Shown: one piece after another, positions 13,048-24,754 of the stretch
How the letters are laid out: every line of letters starts with the position of its first letter
Numbering within the stretch: position 1 is the stretch's first letter
Assembly: GCF_032191835.1 (NCBI RefSeq)
Contig: NC_083230.1
Location: 47,678,001-47,742,000, forward strand
Direction: 5' to 3'
Origin: Heteronotia binoei
Taxonomy: Eukaryota
DNA length: 64,000 bases
Position numbers and translations under genes: made by a program
The notes under the pieces: model-generated
What the model saw: only the letters and a program-made list of their open reading frames with translations
What the model was told of the DNA's origin: nothing
Databases searched by the model: none

Positions 13048-13284
13048 CTATAAAGTGTTCGTGGGTTCCCGTGGCATCTCTGAACCAGCATTGTGTCCAC
13101 TTTGTTGAAGGAAGGCATTGTTTGCGTCATTCCATTCCCCTGTGGTGAAAGTCTGTTGCTCAGAGCTCATCTTTTGGGAGGCTAGAGGATTTCTGCTAAT
13201 AACGAGTTCTAGTTTATTACCAGACTCTGCTATGAGTGGCACAACTAGACAGCAGTCAAAGTCTCTTGTGCGAACATGATTTAC
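13048..13284 (-). CDS. GRIP1: GRIP1 terminal coding exon ([25 protein letters not shown]...REPTNTL*)
   Basis: TTTTAG acceptor, 237 nt, TAG stop. End of PDZ7 and the characteristic GRIP1 C-terminus EPTNTL. Confidence 0.97.
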   Translation of the reverse strand, partial: VNHVRTRDFDCCLVVPLIAESGNKLELVISRNPLASQKMSSEQQTFTTGEWNDANNAFLQQSGHNAGSEMPREPTNTL

Positions 13285-14230
13285 CTAAAAGGTAAAAAAA
13301 GGTTATTGTTTAAGACAAATGGCAATCCCCTAAAGGAATTTACCTGAAGTGAAATGCTATCTTTGTTTCTGCAGGACCCTATAAAAGATCAACTGAAGAA
13401 GAAAATGTGACAACAGGTAGAGGGAGTGAAGAAATCTAGCTGGCAACAAGCTAGCTATAGTAAAGGGCCAAACTAGATGTGATGGCATCCTCATGTCCAC
13501 CACAGGGAAGTCGATGTCATTTAAAATAATCTAAAACACCACAAAGGCCTGATTGGGTCCACAGCACAGTGGGCTGAGGTGCTCTTCTCCCTCTGCATAT
13601 TTTCAAGTGCCAAAATGACTGCACCCCTCATGGCTCTTTTGGCACCTGAAAAGGTGCAGGGGAAACGAGAGTGCTTCACCCCGTCATTCTGCAGCTCTAA
13701 TCAGCATCAGGCCCTCCTGGAATTTTTAAACCACTTTAAAATGGCAGCAGCATGCCCCTGGTGGCTCTTGAGTTTCATCTCAAGTTAAGTTTGTCTTTAT
13801 GGAATTATTTATGTCATTTATTTATGCCCATCTTTCTCCCTGATACTTAACACCTGGGTTGTCCTACAGGCATGAAACCTTGGGTGCAAATTAAAGGACT
13901 CTTGGGTGTCAACTTAAGGCCTGTGTAAGCATCCTTGTTGATCACTACCAGTCCAGGATATATTCCTTTTGCTTGTTTTTGCCGTTTAATTGTACTATTT
14001 GGTAAATTGTATTTCAATTTTTTTCTGAAAACTACTTCAAGAGAACTATTTCACTGAAAAAAGCAACATACAAATGCCATTAATAAATAAGTTTTTCAAG
14101 TGGTTTTATTCTGGCTTGTTAAAATTGAAAGCTGAAGATTTCCAGCCTGATTCTATGTGTGCTTTACTTGGGATTAAATCCCAGTGTCTTCAATAGAGCT
14201 AGTCAAGCATATCGTTGCTGAAGTTACACC

Positions 14231-14756
14231 TAGGGATTGGCCCAAACAGGGAAATGGAGGTTCCTTCTGGTTTGTGATGTCACACGAACCATGAACTTCC
14301 TCTAATCTTGCTGTTTACTGAACCAGTTTGGTTTGTGAGGTTCAGGGAAAGTCTCCCTCCCTTTGGTTGGCAACAAATCCCCAAGTCTAGCATAATGGAA
14401 GGGGAGGGGGGGGGAGAGCTTACAAAAGTGATTTAAAGGGAACATTCCCTTTATATGGCTTTTGCAAGCAGGCAATGCACACGAGTGAAGTTAAAGTGGT
14501 ACTTCAGTTGTGCACGGCTTCCAAAAGCCATTTAAAGGGAACACTGGGGACTTCGTGGGGGTGGTGAAAAGGATGACTGAAATAGCTTACCTCTATTTCA
14601 GCCTAGCAGGCTGAAAGGGATGCAAGCCAATTCAGTGATCCCTCTTCTCCACCCCGCCCCCGTCACTTCCCAACACGAATCTCTGAAACCATGTGAAGGG
14701 TCATGGATAGGGATATCACAAAATTAGGTTCATGACAAAATACCTGCCCATCCCTA
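14231..14756. mobile_element. hAT-type non-autonomous element
   Basis: TIRs TAGGGATTGGC/GCCCATCCCTA and 8-bp TSD GTTACACC/GTTATACC. Confidence 0.75.
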
Positions 14757-15011
14757 GTTATACCAGATCTGTGATGATTATTTTGCCTAGCTTATACTTC
14801 TGTTAGACTTATCCTTTAATCAATGGCTGGACTTGTCCACAGTTTCTTCCCTTTCCTCTCAATCCAGTTCTCAAAACAGACAAATGAGGGACATGGAACA
14901 ATTTTTGCCTATTGCCTGTATGCTGAGTTTGGCTACATGCTTATTTTCTTGGCTTAACAAAACCAGTGTCCTGTATTTAGATACTATAATTCAAGAAAAC
15001 ACAAGGTCCTA

Positions 15012-15242
<231 letters not shown>

Positions 15243-16328
15243 TTAGAGTTTGATACAGAATCCTACATCTATTAGTTTGGTAGCGTGGATGTGCTGAAAC
15301 AGTCTATGAGGGTACAGCAATCTCGCTGGACTAAAGAGCAGCAAGCACACTGCTGAAAAATTCTTTTCTACACACCGTAGATTTGAAATTAAATCTAACT
15401 GAATCTGGCTCTTGATCATGTATAGGACATTTCTCCCTTTGGTTAAGCTAAATGAGACGTTGGCTGAGCTACCTAAGAAGCAACAAAATTTACAAAGAGT
15501 GATAGCTCAGGCCTATGCATGCCTTCCTGTCCTCATCTGGTCATATGCCTGGCTTGGGTAAAAAGGACTATATGTGGGGATCCCTCCTTTGTAAAGCTGT
15601 AAGTTTGCCTATTGCCTGTTCAGGAGAGGAAGCAGGAGCTGAATTTACTCCATCCCCCTACAAAAGATGGTCAGTATGATCAGTGAGTCTTTCAAGGCCG
15701 CACAACTGCATCAAGACCTTTTTGTTCTACTTTTTTTTATTGTCTTGTCTGACTTATCAGCCATCTAAGTTGAGAAAAATACAATTTCCCTTCTGCAAAT
15801 GGTAACAGCCCCTCTTTTACAAGGTCACATTCCCCTTTCACACTATAACCAACTGTACACCACACAAATTAAAAAAAAAATCTCTTTTCTCCATTTTCTG
15901 AATTAAGAATGTAGAAAAGAGGAAGTTTGGATCCTTTTTGCTTTTCTAGTCAAACTGACTTTATGAAGAAAAAATTATTGCAGGATAATGCAGGAGTCAA
16001 CAGACAAAACATGGTTGTAAATCAAACTCTTTTCTTTCAAGTGCATGGATGAATGGTCACCGTATATCAGTTCAAAATATGGTAGAAATGGCTTGTAAAA
16101 GCCATTCACCACTGCAAAGCCTGTTATGAGAAGATGTAGATAAGCTAAACACATTTCTTCCTCTCCAATGACACATCATCAAGGACCTTGGCAACAAGGT
16201 CATTCACACCTCTAACATTTATCTGTAGGCTCATTAGAAGAAGCATTGCCAAGTTGGCGGTTTGTTTGTACAGTGTTCATTGGGAAGATTTTTGTCAAGT
16301 GTGGAGGGGAATACAATGGCATCTGTAC

Positions 16329-16562
16329 CTTGTGTAACTCCACAGGAGTCGGTGACATTATCTCCTTCATCTCTTGCTTCATTTTACGCAGAGCTACAGA
16401 TTTCCTGCCCACATCAGACGGCAATGTGTTGCTACGGGTCGTCTGGCTATAGTGCGGCCTTGAAGTGCTTCTTTCCTGGAAGCTGGCTTGCCTTCCCAGA
16501 TGGCTGCGATGCTGTGAGTTGTCATGGTTCAGACTCATGGTACTCCCTGACATAATTGTTGC
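16329..16562 (-). CDS. GRIP1: GRIP1 exon ([13 protein letters not shown]...SPTPVELHK)
   Basis: CAG acceptor and AAG|GTACAG donor, 234 nt, phase 0-0. Confidence 0.97.
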
Positions 16563-17226
16563 CTGCAGCATTAATTACACAGTTCTTTAAAATAACATGT
16601 AGCAAAGTAAAAGAAGCTGAAGATCATTTGACAACAATGGGCAGCCTCATCTGTTCTGTTGTCATTGTCAAACAGTCATTTTAGGGCACAGCAAATGGCA
16701 GGAGGATAGACGGACAATTTCTCTGTGAATCCTTTGAGAAATTACTGGACAAAAGGTTATTGGATGACATTTTTAAACAAAATGCCAGGGAACTATTAAA
16801 AACTACTGTACGTTCTAAGCGGAGGGGGGGCAGGAGACTGAAATTAATATGCAGAAATGTTTGCTGACAATTCAAAATATTTTTATCTAACATTTTTTTA
16901 AAGTTCTAGAAGTTGCAGAATTAGCTTCCCCTAATGTGACAATGAAGATCTTTACTAGCATGGCATTTCTTAAAGATTTGAAGCCAATGATGCAACTCAT
17001 TAATGGTGGCAGAAACTTTGATGATGGCAGGACAATGCAAAATAGTGCCAAATAGCCTAAGGAACAGTAATGACTTATATGAGGTTGAGAAAAAAAAATA
17101 CTTGAGTAGAAAAATTAGGCTGCAGAAACAGCTTGCAAAATATTAAGAGCATTCGGTACTTAATGAAACAAAGTTGCTCTATTTGTTAAGAAATCTGTTA
17201 GAGGTCTAACTACATTTACTTATATG

Positions 17227-17343
17227 TAGGGCTTTCGTTGTAGAAAAAGCCCAGCAGGAACTTATTTGCATATTAGGCCACACCCCTGATGCCAAGCCAG
17301 CCGGAACTGCGCTCCTGTGCGTTCCTGCTCAAAAAAAGCTCTG
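17227..17343. mobile_element. hAT-type MITE, octamer-bearing family (monomer)
   Basis: TSD CTTATATG/CGTATATG. Contains ATTTGCATATTAGGCCACACCCC. Confidence 0.75.
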
Positions 17344-20300
17344 CGTATATGTAAAGTAGCTAGGCCTCAAATGGCAAAGCTAGATGTGATGCTGTTGCCA
17401 GGTTGACCCCCTCTCCCAGGATGCATCCCCATTTTTGTAGTGCCAGAAAGCTGTTTAAAAATACTGTGGGACCCCAAATTTTGGCAGGGGAGAGAAGGGG
17501 CTTCTGCCTTTCCCCATGCCAGATTTGACCTGAAACTCCTGCACGCTGCAGAATCAGCTCTCCCTGCACTTTCTGGCAGAACATAAGGAGGCATGTCCCT
17601 GGGGTGAACCTGGGGCCTGTGCAATGTCAAATTGTGCCCTATATTTTCTATTGTGAAGTGTTCTCAAGGTTACTTTCTCTGAAAGTAAGAACAGGAACTC
17701 ATGTAAGATAATGGAATAGCTCAGAAAAGTTTGTAAAATACAGTGTTCAGGTGGCCTGAAATTAGAGTATTCCTTCTCATATGTGATTAGCAGGCTTAGA
17801 TGAAGAACTTGCCATACAGAGAAGAACTGTCTCTTTGTAGGACGACAGCAGAAGCAGAACACTTGAGTCTTGATAAAGGAAAAGAGCACGACATCAATAC
17901 TCCATATTGGAAAAGGAGAATAGGAAAAACTCTACCACTTCAAACATTCTTGGGAACTTAACATGACAAATTCATTATATCCCAAATCACTATAGCTAAA
18001 GTTATGCAATAGAAGATCCGTTACATTAACTATGGAAATTCATAAATATACAATAGTTTTGTTTCTGACTTTTCTTCAAAGTATCATCCACATAATCACT
18101 ATTTGTGCTGAAGAAGCCTTTGTCAAAGTATTATGTACATACATCTGAATGTTAACTTTGACAAACCTTCTTAGTGGCATGTGGTACATAAAAGGCAGGT
18201 TAGAATGAAGGGCGCTGTTTCTTCATTTGAGAAATAGATAAACACATAAACAAAACTGTCCTTCATTCTTCCCTGCTCTCTGATGATGTGTGGCACTAGT
18301 TGTTTCAGTAGCATAACTGTTGGTCTGCAGTAGAAGAACTAGATTTGATTCTAGTAGAACCTTAGATACCAAGAAGATTTTCAGAGGAAAAGCTTTCAGG
18401 GGTCAGTGCTCCCTTCATTAGATACAAGTATGAATGGACATCCCTGATCTCTTATAATTGAAACAGAAGATGGAAAGGTTGTTGCAAAAAAGGGGATCAG
18501 GAATCTGTAGAAGTACAATGACAGATGTAATCAGCTTGATTAGAACAGAGGCTAAATACTCAGGGGCACATTTGTAGTGAAATAAGAATCCTCCCTAATC
18601 AGTCCTGGGGGGGTCCATTGTTCTGGATTTGTGAATGAACTAAAGTTCACAATCTCACATTGTAATCACCTGTTGAAGCATCTCTATTTAAGGACCACAT
18701 CTCTTAGGTCACCAATGAATATCTTGAAAGATTAAAATGTCCCACTAATTTTTGAGTGCAGTGATTTTTTAATGTCAGATTTAATGTCACATTTGTTCAT
18801 CTTCTAGTGTTATCTGTGCCATCAAGCGTCAAGACTTGATGCAGAGAACAATGGAAGATGAAAAGGACTTAACCCGAGATGGTATGGCTGGTGTTGTAGG
18901 TCCAATAATTGAGTTGTCAGACTGAACATGGAAACAAAATCGGCATCTTGGTTTATTGTAGGCCCCGGTCCCAAAATCTGCGCCCATTTCAGGAAGTGTA
19001 TTGTTGTACATGAGAAGTTAAGTTAGGAGACCATCTGTGGTAAGAAAAGGGAGAAAGGAGAATCATTGTCCATCATAGGTTGCAGGTCATTAATGATGTC
19101 TTGAACTAGTTGGAGCTGACAGCTGTATTTGAGTGCATGTGAGCAGTAGTATGTGAGAAGATGCTTCAAGGAGAGATTACAACATGAGACTGCTGAATTT
19201 TAGTTCATTCAGAAATTCAACCATGACCCACCCCTTGGGCTGAAAAAGGAGATAGGATTCTTATCTTTCCACGCCTCTAAGCATTTCTCCCCTGCTCTAA
19301 TCAAGCTGATTACATTTTGTATTGTGCCTTTGCATCCTGACTCTTTAATATGCAACACCCCTCCCAACTTCTGTCTAAGATGTAAGCACTTGGGGATCTC
19401 CATTCCTCTGTCTATCTGATTAAAGGAGTTTTGATTCTATGTGGCAGTGGTTGAATTCAACTGGTTTTTTACACTGATTAAAAAAGAGGGGAGGAAGGGG
19501 TCCCCTTTGATCACCTAAAAGCTGGGGATCATGGGACCTGCATGGAGAAAACTCATGTGCAACACAGCTGAGTAATTGAGCATGGCTGAGTGAAAAACTG
19601 GCTTGACCCAATCCTATGAATGCTATTTCAACTCGAGCCTTCAGAGCTGCTGCAGCATTGTGGCTAGTAGCCCAAGCTGTGATAAGGGAGGCTAGTTTAG
19701 TTTAATTTTTATCATAGCCAAAAGCTCATCAGGTGGGTTTAGGCATCACTCTCTTTCTCTGCCTCAGTCCCTAATTTGCATTACAGAAAAAACCAAGGCC
19801 TACCTGTTGAAAAGATTACTCTGATAATGCATGGCAAGTACTTTGGACACTGGACACCGTATAAAACCCAAGTATGTTAATTTTTTGCAAGAAGATGAGC
19901 ACTTGCTACCAATTCTCTAGCTCATTTGTAATTAAAGATACAGGCAAGCATTTTGGAATGATACCCGTTTCTTTTTCAGAGAACTGATGTATGATCTGAT
20001 CAATAATCTTATTTCCTTATTGTTAAGAAATGAAACAAGGCTGTTGCTAGCAGATAAAAGAAAACTGTGCTTTGAGAGGAGTGCAGCGAGGTTGGACTGA
20101 CTGAAAAACAAGTGCTCTGGACGTCAATGTAAGTTGCACAGTGGGTGCCTGATCCCAGAAGTGCTGACAAGACAGCGAAGTATAATTATCCTAGTAACTG
20201 CTCAATTAATGTGCTTCATTTTAAGAGCTTCAGGCCTTCCTTCAAACTCAGAAGTAGCTCACTGAAATTTTTGTTCTTGTTTATCTATTTCCATACTCAT

Positions 20301-21127
20301 TTGCTGTGCACTCAGCAAGGAAATCTGTAAGAGAAGCTTGAAGGACCATGCCTTTGAAAAAAATCAGTCAGACAATATTTTTGCTTAAATTCCTCTGGAT
20401 TGCAATTAAACATACATCAGATCACCATGAAGGTAAACATACATGCAAGACAGAAGCTATAAATCTGAGGCTATGCAGGCAACTGGAACTGCATGAGTCT
20501 TACCTAGTTATGCCATTCACATTCCTTGTGGCTGCTCAGGGATTTTGATATGACAAAAATGAAATGAGACTCTGCCAATATTGCAACACAGGGAATTTTG
20601 AAGAACATAAAAGATAGCATTAATACAGCTTAATACTGTATCTTTGCTATGATCAAGGAACATACAAGCGACTGGAAACAGATTGATATCTCCTTTTTTC
20701 TGAAGAAAATCTGGATGAAGTTTATGCAAAATTCATAAACCAACATCAGGTTGCTTGCAACATGGGCAAAATAATTCTACTTTTCCCAGTTATTTTGGTT
20801 CACTGGATGAACTGAAGTTTGAAAATGTTTACAGTTTGTTTTTCTTTTAAGTTCTTCTCAATTCAGATTCAGTTCTGTTGCAAGAGGTACATGCCAAGAA
20901 AGTCCTTGTTAAAAGCAGCTGGGAAGAGTATGGCAGATGCTGCTTCGAGGGCAAAATAAGCCTGCAAACAGGTGCAGCCAGCAGTAGCACAGGAGAAGCT
21001 TTGGAACATTCACAGTGGTATCATTTCAACAGCAGTTCCATGAAGGAAAATAGCTTGATTAGAAGGGGGATGTGAATCAGGGAAGGCAGCTGCACAAGCC
21101 AAAAATATAAACAGAAAGGGTAGGTAC

Positions 21128-21172
21128 CAAGAGAGTCATGTTTCTCAAACACAGACGCCTGTCAGCCTTGTC
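21128..21172 (-). CDS. GRIP1: GRIP1 45-nt cassette-type exon (DKADRRLCLRNMTLL)
   Basis: C-rich tract plus CAG acceptor, TTG|GTAC donor, phase 0-0. Matches recalled human EKADRRVSLRNMTLL. Not in the ORF track. Confidence 0.85.
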
Positions 21173-21322
21173 CTGTGGAAAGGGGGGGGGGGGTTAAAGC
21201 TTTAAAATGAATTTGTGTGATTAATGCAAACTTAGAAAAAAAACAGGAGAAAAGAAGAGGAAAAATGTGTGTTAATTGGAAAAGAAATTGGAATAGTGTG
21301 ACGGGATTAAGGTTGCCTCTAC

Positions 21323-21425
21323 CTCTAATTCCCTCAGAATTCCTGACTGTCCACAGGTCTCCAAGTCCTCCAATGCTTGAGACCAGAAATTTTCCTCCTG
21401 TTCAGTCTCAGGGGCACCTGCAAAG
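21323..21425 (-). CDS. GRIP1: GRIP1 exon ([34 protein letters not shown])
   Basis: CCAG acceptor and GAG|GTAGAG donor, 103 nt, phase 2-0. Confidence 0.95.
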
Positions 21426-22685
21426 CTGGATTCATAGAAAAAGGTTTTGCTTATCATGGCAGTGAAGTTCACAGGAATGGTTTATCACACACAGTATTAA
21501 CAATATAATTGCCAAAGGGTGCAGGAGGAGAGCAAGCGATGGATGACCATGAATCGTGGACCATAGAGAACAATTGCTGGCCCACAAGGAAGTGAATTAA
21601 CTAGCAGAAGACGTTACAAGAGGCATGTCAATGAACTTCAAGCAAACTTTATGCTGAAACCACCCATGCACTGAAAAGCCCTGGTAGGAACATTCAGGGC
21701 TAAAAAACTGCCCACAGGTCAGGGGGAGAAACAGGTCAAGCCTTTAACTGTGGCAGACACAAAATATAAAAGGAGTAAAAACTTTCCTGCAAAGAGAAAT
21801 GCATCCCTATTGGCTCTCTAAAAACAAAAATGCAACTATGATCCTCTCAGCCAATCCCTTTATCACAGCCACCTTGCTGCTTCCCAACTGCTATGATTTA
21901 TGCAGTGACAAGGGCATGTTAATTCAATAGGGATAAATCCCACAACATCTCCAGGCTCTATAACTATTAATGCAAACTGATCTCTTGCATGCATCAGTGC
22001 TCTCAAGATCCCATAATGCAGATCAGTAAATGACCAGTGCTTGAGCTAGGATTAGAAGGGGAAAGTATATTTTCCCGGCTGTATTAATCCATATTTAAGA
22101 AATTCAATCAGAGCTATGTCTGTATTATATGCTAGCAAATTTAATCTTAGATGCATTAATCTGATGCTTTCTCACCATCATTCAGCACAGGACCAGCTGA
22201 CCACTAGGCACATTTAGGCAATAGCTAAGGGCATCAGAGGTGAAGGGTGGCTTCCAGTCCTGTTTCCCACCCCCACCTGCCTGCCCACCCATGTCTGAAT
22301 CCCTACAGTTCATGCAGGGGGGTTGAGCAAAGTAGGCACTGCCTCCCCAGTGCTCCTTGCTGCATCTTGCCATGGTGCCAGTGGGCCAGGAAGGCAGGCT
22401 GTGACTTCTCACTGTGCCTCAGTGTCAGGGAAGGGTGAAATGGTTGCTTAGGGCACCCAAAGTCCTTGGACCAGCTCTGACGCAGCAGCTGAGAAGTTGA
22501 ACTCTCAAAACTGAAGAGGTGAAACTATGTCAAAAGGATTAGATTTACATTTTGCCATGGTATAAATATCCCCTGAGACATTTGAGACATTTAATAGTTA
22601 TAATCCCATTATAAGGAGGCTCAGGCTGTGGTCAGAATGTGTGTGTATGTGGTGGGGTGTGGGATAAGTTCTCCGGTGGTCTGGA

Positions 22686-22796
22686 CAGTGGGTCGGTCCG
22701 ACTACTGGGTATAGGCTCCTCCTCCACTCCACAGGGTCGGGTCTTCTTGACTGATCCGGAGGGGGGGAGTGGCCTATACCTCCCAGCTCCCGCCAG
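22686..22796 (+). repeat. DIRS left inverted terminal repeat core
   Basis: 111 bp; by eye the exact reverse complement of 28059-28169. Confidence 0.95.
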
Positions 22797-23380
22797 TTTT
22801 GTTCCCGGCCCTGCAAGAGCAGGACGGGCTCTTCTGTGGCGCGCTCGAAGCAGCGCAGAAGATTCGGAGGAAGACTCGTGTTTTTTCTGAACAGCTTGGT
22901 GCTTGGGAGCGTAGGGGTTTGCCCCGACAAACCCAGCAGCCGAACGAGCGTGCAAGGCTACTCACGAGTAGTCCTTGCGGTGGCGCGGCGGGCGTCTGAA
23001 GCGGTCGGCTTTTTCAGAAGCCCCTGGAGCTCCGTTTCCACCCAGGCGCGAGTGGAACGGAGCGGAGGAAAAAGGCTGCGGCTTGTTCCTTTCAACGCGG
23101 TAAGTCGTCCCGCGGCGGGGAGGACCTGCGCGGGCGATTTGGAGCTGGGGGGAAAAGTTAGCCTTTCCCCTGCAGGCTGACGGCAGTCGGGAGGAGCCCT
23201 AACACTGGGCTACATAGCATTGCCGGTTTCTGAATAGGAGACCTTAGTGTTGAGAGCAAGGTACTGCTGGATCAGCCTGAAGGGCTAGTTTGAATTGCTG
23301 CCGTCCATTTTGAAGTTTTTCCCGCCCTTTTGTCAGTGCCTCTTTCTCATTTCCCTTATAAGGATCTGGTGTGCAGCAAA

Positions 23381-24754
23381 ATGGCGGCTAGTTCTCAGAG
23401 CAACTCTCCAAGCGAATTTGATTTACCTCCTTTATCAGGAGCCCTGACACAACAGCAAGAGACTCAGAATCCTGATCTCATGGGAGAGGACGCTAAGACA
23501 AACCTTTTGCAATGGCTCAAAAGGGAAATGTTGAAGGAGCTGGGGCAGGATTTCAATCAGATCGTCCCTTCCACTCTGTTGAAACAAAGAAGACAAGAGG
23601 GCAGAAAAAGGCCCAGAGACCCCAGCCCTGGTGACACTCTGGGACAGCCTAAGGGCAAGGTTCATTTAGGGCTGGATTCCCCTCTTATGAGTTCAGCTGA
23701 AGACTCGGAGGACTCTGAACAACAGTCAGATAGGGAGGAAGGCGAGCTCTCTGATGAGGAGGAGGAAAAGTCGGACACTGTGCAGTCTAGACTTTTTCCC
23801 ATTGAATACTATTCTAAGTTGCTCCCCAAGGTCTTGAGGACCCTTAACTTTGTGGCCTCACCTAAGGAGTGTGAGGAGCTGGATCCTGACCTTCCCACGG
23901 GATCAGGGGAAATGATGCCTAAGTTGGGCAGTGTTCAGACGGGGGTACCCTTACCTGCAGCCTTTTTTGCTCTGGTTAAGGCGGAGTGGGAAAGGCCGGC
24001 TAAACCTAAGAACAACCAACAGGTCATCCCAAAACTCTACTCCCTCATTCCACAGGCCACTAAGAGGCTAAAATTGCCTACGGTGGACGATCCTGTGACT
24101 AGCCTGATTTCAAATTCGGTCCTCCCTATGGATGCGGACGGTTTGCCCAGAGATCCATGTGACAGAAGGATTGAACAGGCTTTACGAAAAGAGTTTGAAG
24201 CTACATCATGGGCCATTAAAGCAGCCACAACATCTTCTCTGTTTGCTAGAGCTATGTGCACATGGTCCAATAACTTAGCATCTGCGGATAGTGGAGCTCC
24301 TAAGGAGTTCAAGGATGAACTAAAGAAGATTGCTCTGTCTGCTGCCTTTGTGGCAGATAGTTCTTTGGACACCATGCAACTGGCTGCCAGAGCCATGGCC
24401 TGTGGTGTGGCAGCTAGACGCAACATTTGGTTGCGTAATTGGGAAGTAGACACTGCAGCCCAGGCCAGGGTCGCAGCAGTACCATTCAAGGGATCCTTGT
24501 TGTTCGGGGAGGGCCTGGACAGGTACCTCATCGAAAACAAGGATAAAAAGAAGGTCCTACCCTCCAAGGGGAAGGATACAAAGCAGAGGAAACCTTTTCT
24601 TTCCTTTCGGGACTCCAAAAAGCCATCCAGAGCAGGTCCCTTTCGTTCTTTCAAAGGAAAGTGGCAACACAAAGGGCGTGATTCCAAGCCCTTTTACTCC
24701 GGGAAATCAGATCAGAACCCCAAACCCTCTTCAAAAAAAGGGGGACCTCAATGA
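23381..24754 (+). CDS. DIRS ORF1, gag-like (probable LAP2-alpha-like domain)
   Basis: First ATG of the element, in strong Kozak context (AAAATGG). Uninterrupted; acidic N-terminus and basic C-terminus. VPFKGxLLFG segment typical of vertebrate DIRS ORF1. Confidence 0.88.
   Translation: MAASSQSNSPSEFDLPPLSGALTQQQETQNPDLMGEDAKTNLLQWLKREMLKELGQDFNQIVPSTLLKQRRQEGRKRPRDPSPGDTLGQPKGKVHLGLDSPLMSSAEDSEDSEQQSDREEGELSDEEEEKSDTVQSRLFPIEYYSKLLPKVLRTLNFVASPKECEELDPDLPTGSGEMMPKLGSVQTGVPLPAAFFALVKAEWERPAKPKNNQQVIPKLYSLIPQATKRLKLPTVDDPVTSLISNSVLPMDADGLPRDPCDRRIEQALRKEFEATSWAIKAATTSSLFARAMCTWSNNLASADSGAPKEFKDELKKIALSAAFVADSSLDTMQLAARAMACGVAARRNIWLRNWEVDTAAQARVAAVPFKGSLLFGEGLDRYLIENKDKKKVLPSKGKDTKQRKPFLSFRDSKKPSRAGPFRSFKGKWQHKGRDSKPFYSGKSDQNPKPSSKKGGPQ

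Noticed and set aside
13375-13416. 42-nt + strand exon-like segment (TTTCTGCAG|...CAG|GTAG) inside the last GRIP1 intron
   Set aside because: It lies beyond the HELB stop with no homology support. Such site pairs arise by chance, so RNA evidence would be needed.
24037-24687. 216-aa antisense ORF, plus antisense ORFs at 25315-25731 and 25913-26308
   Set aside because: Shadows of the constrained DIRS frames with no recognisable motifs.
24731-24744. A-AAA-AAA-G slippery site at the end of DIRS ORF1
   Set aside because: A -1 shift leads into a short closed frame, not ORF2, which would need +1.
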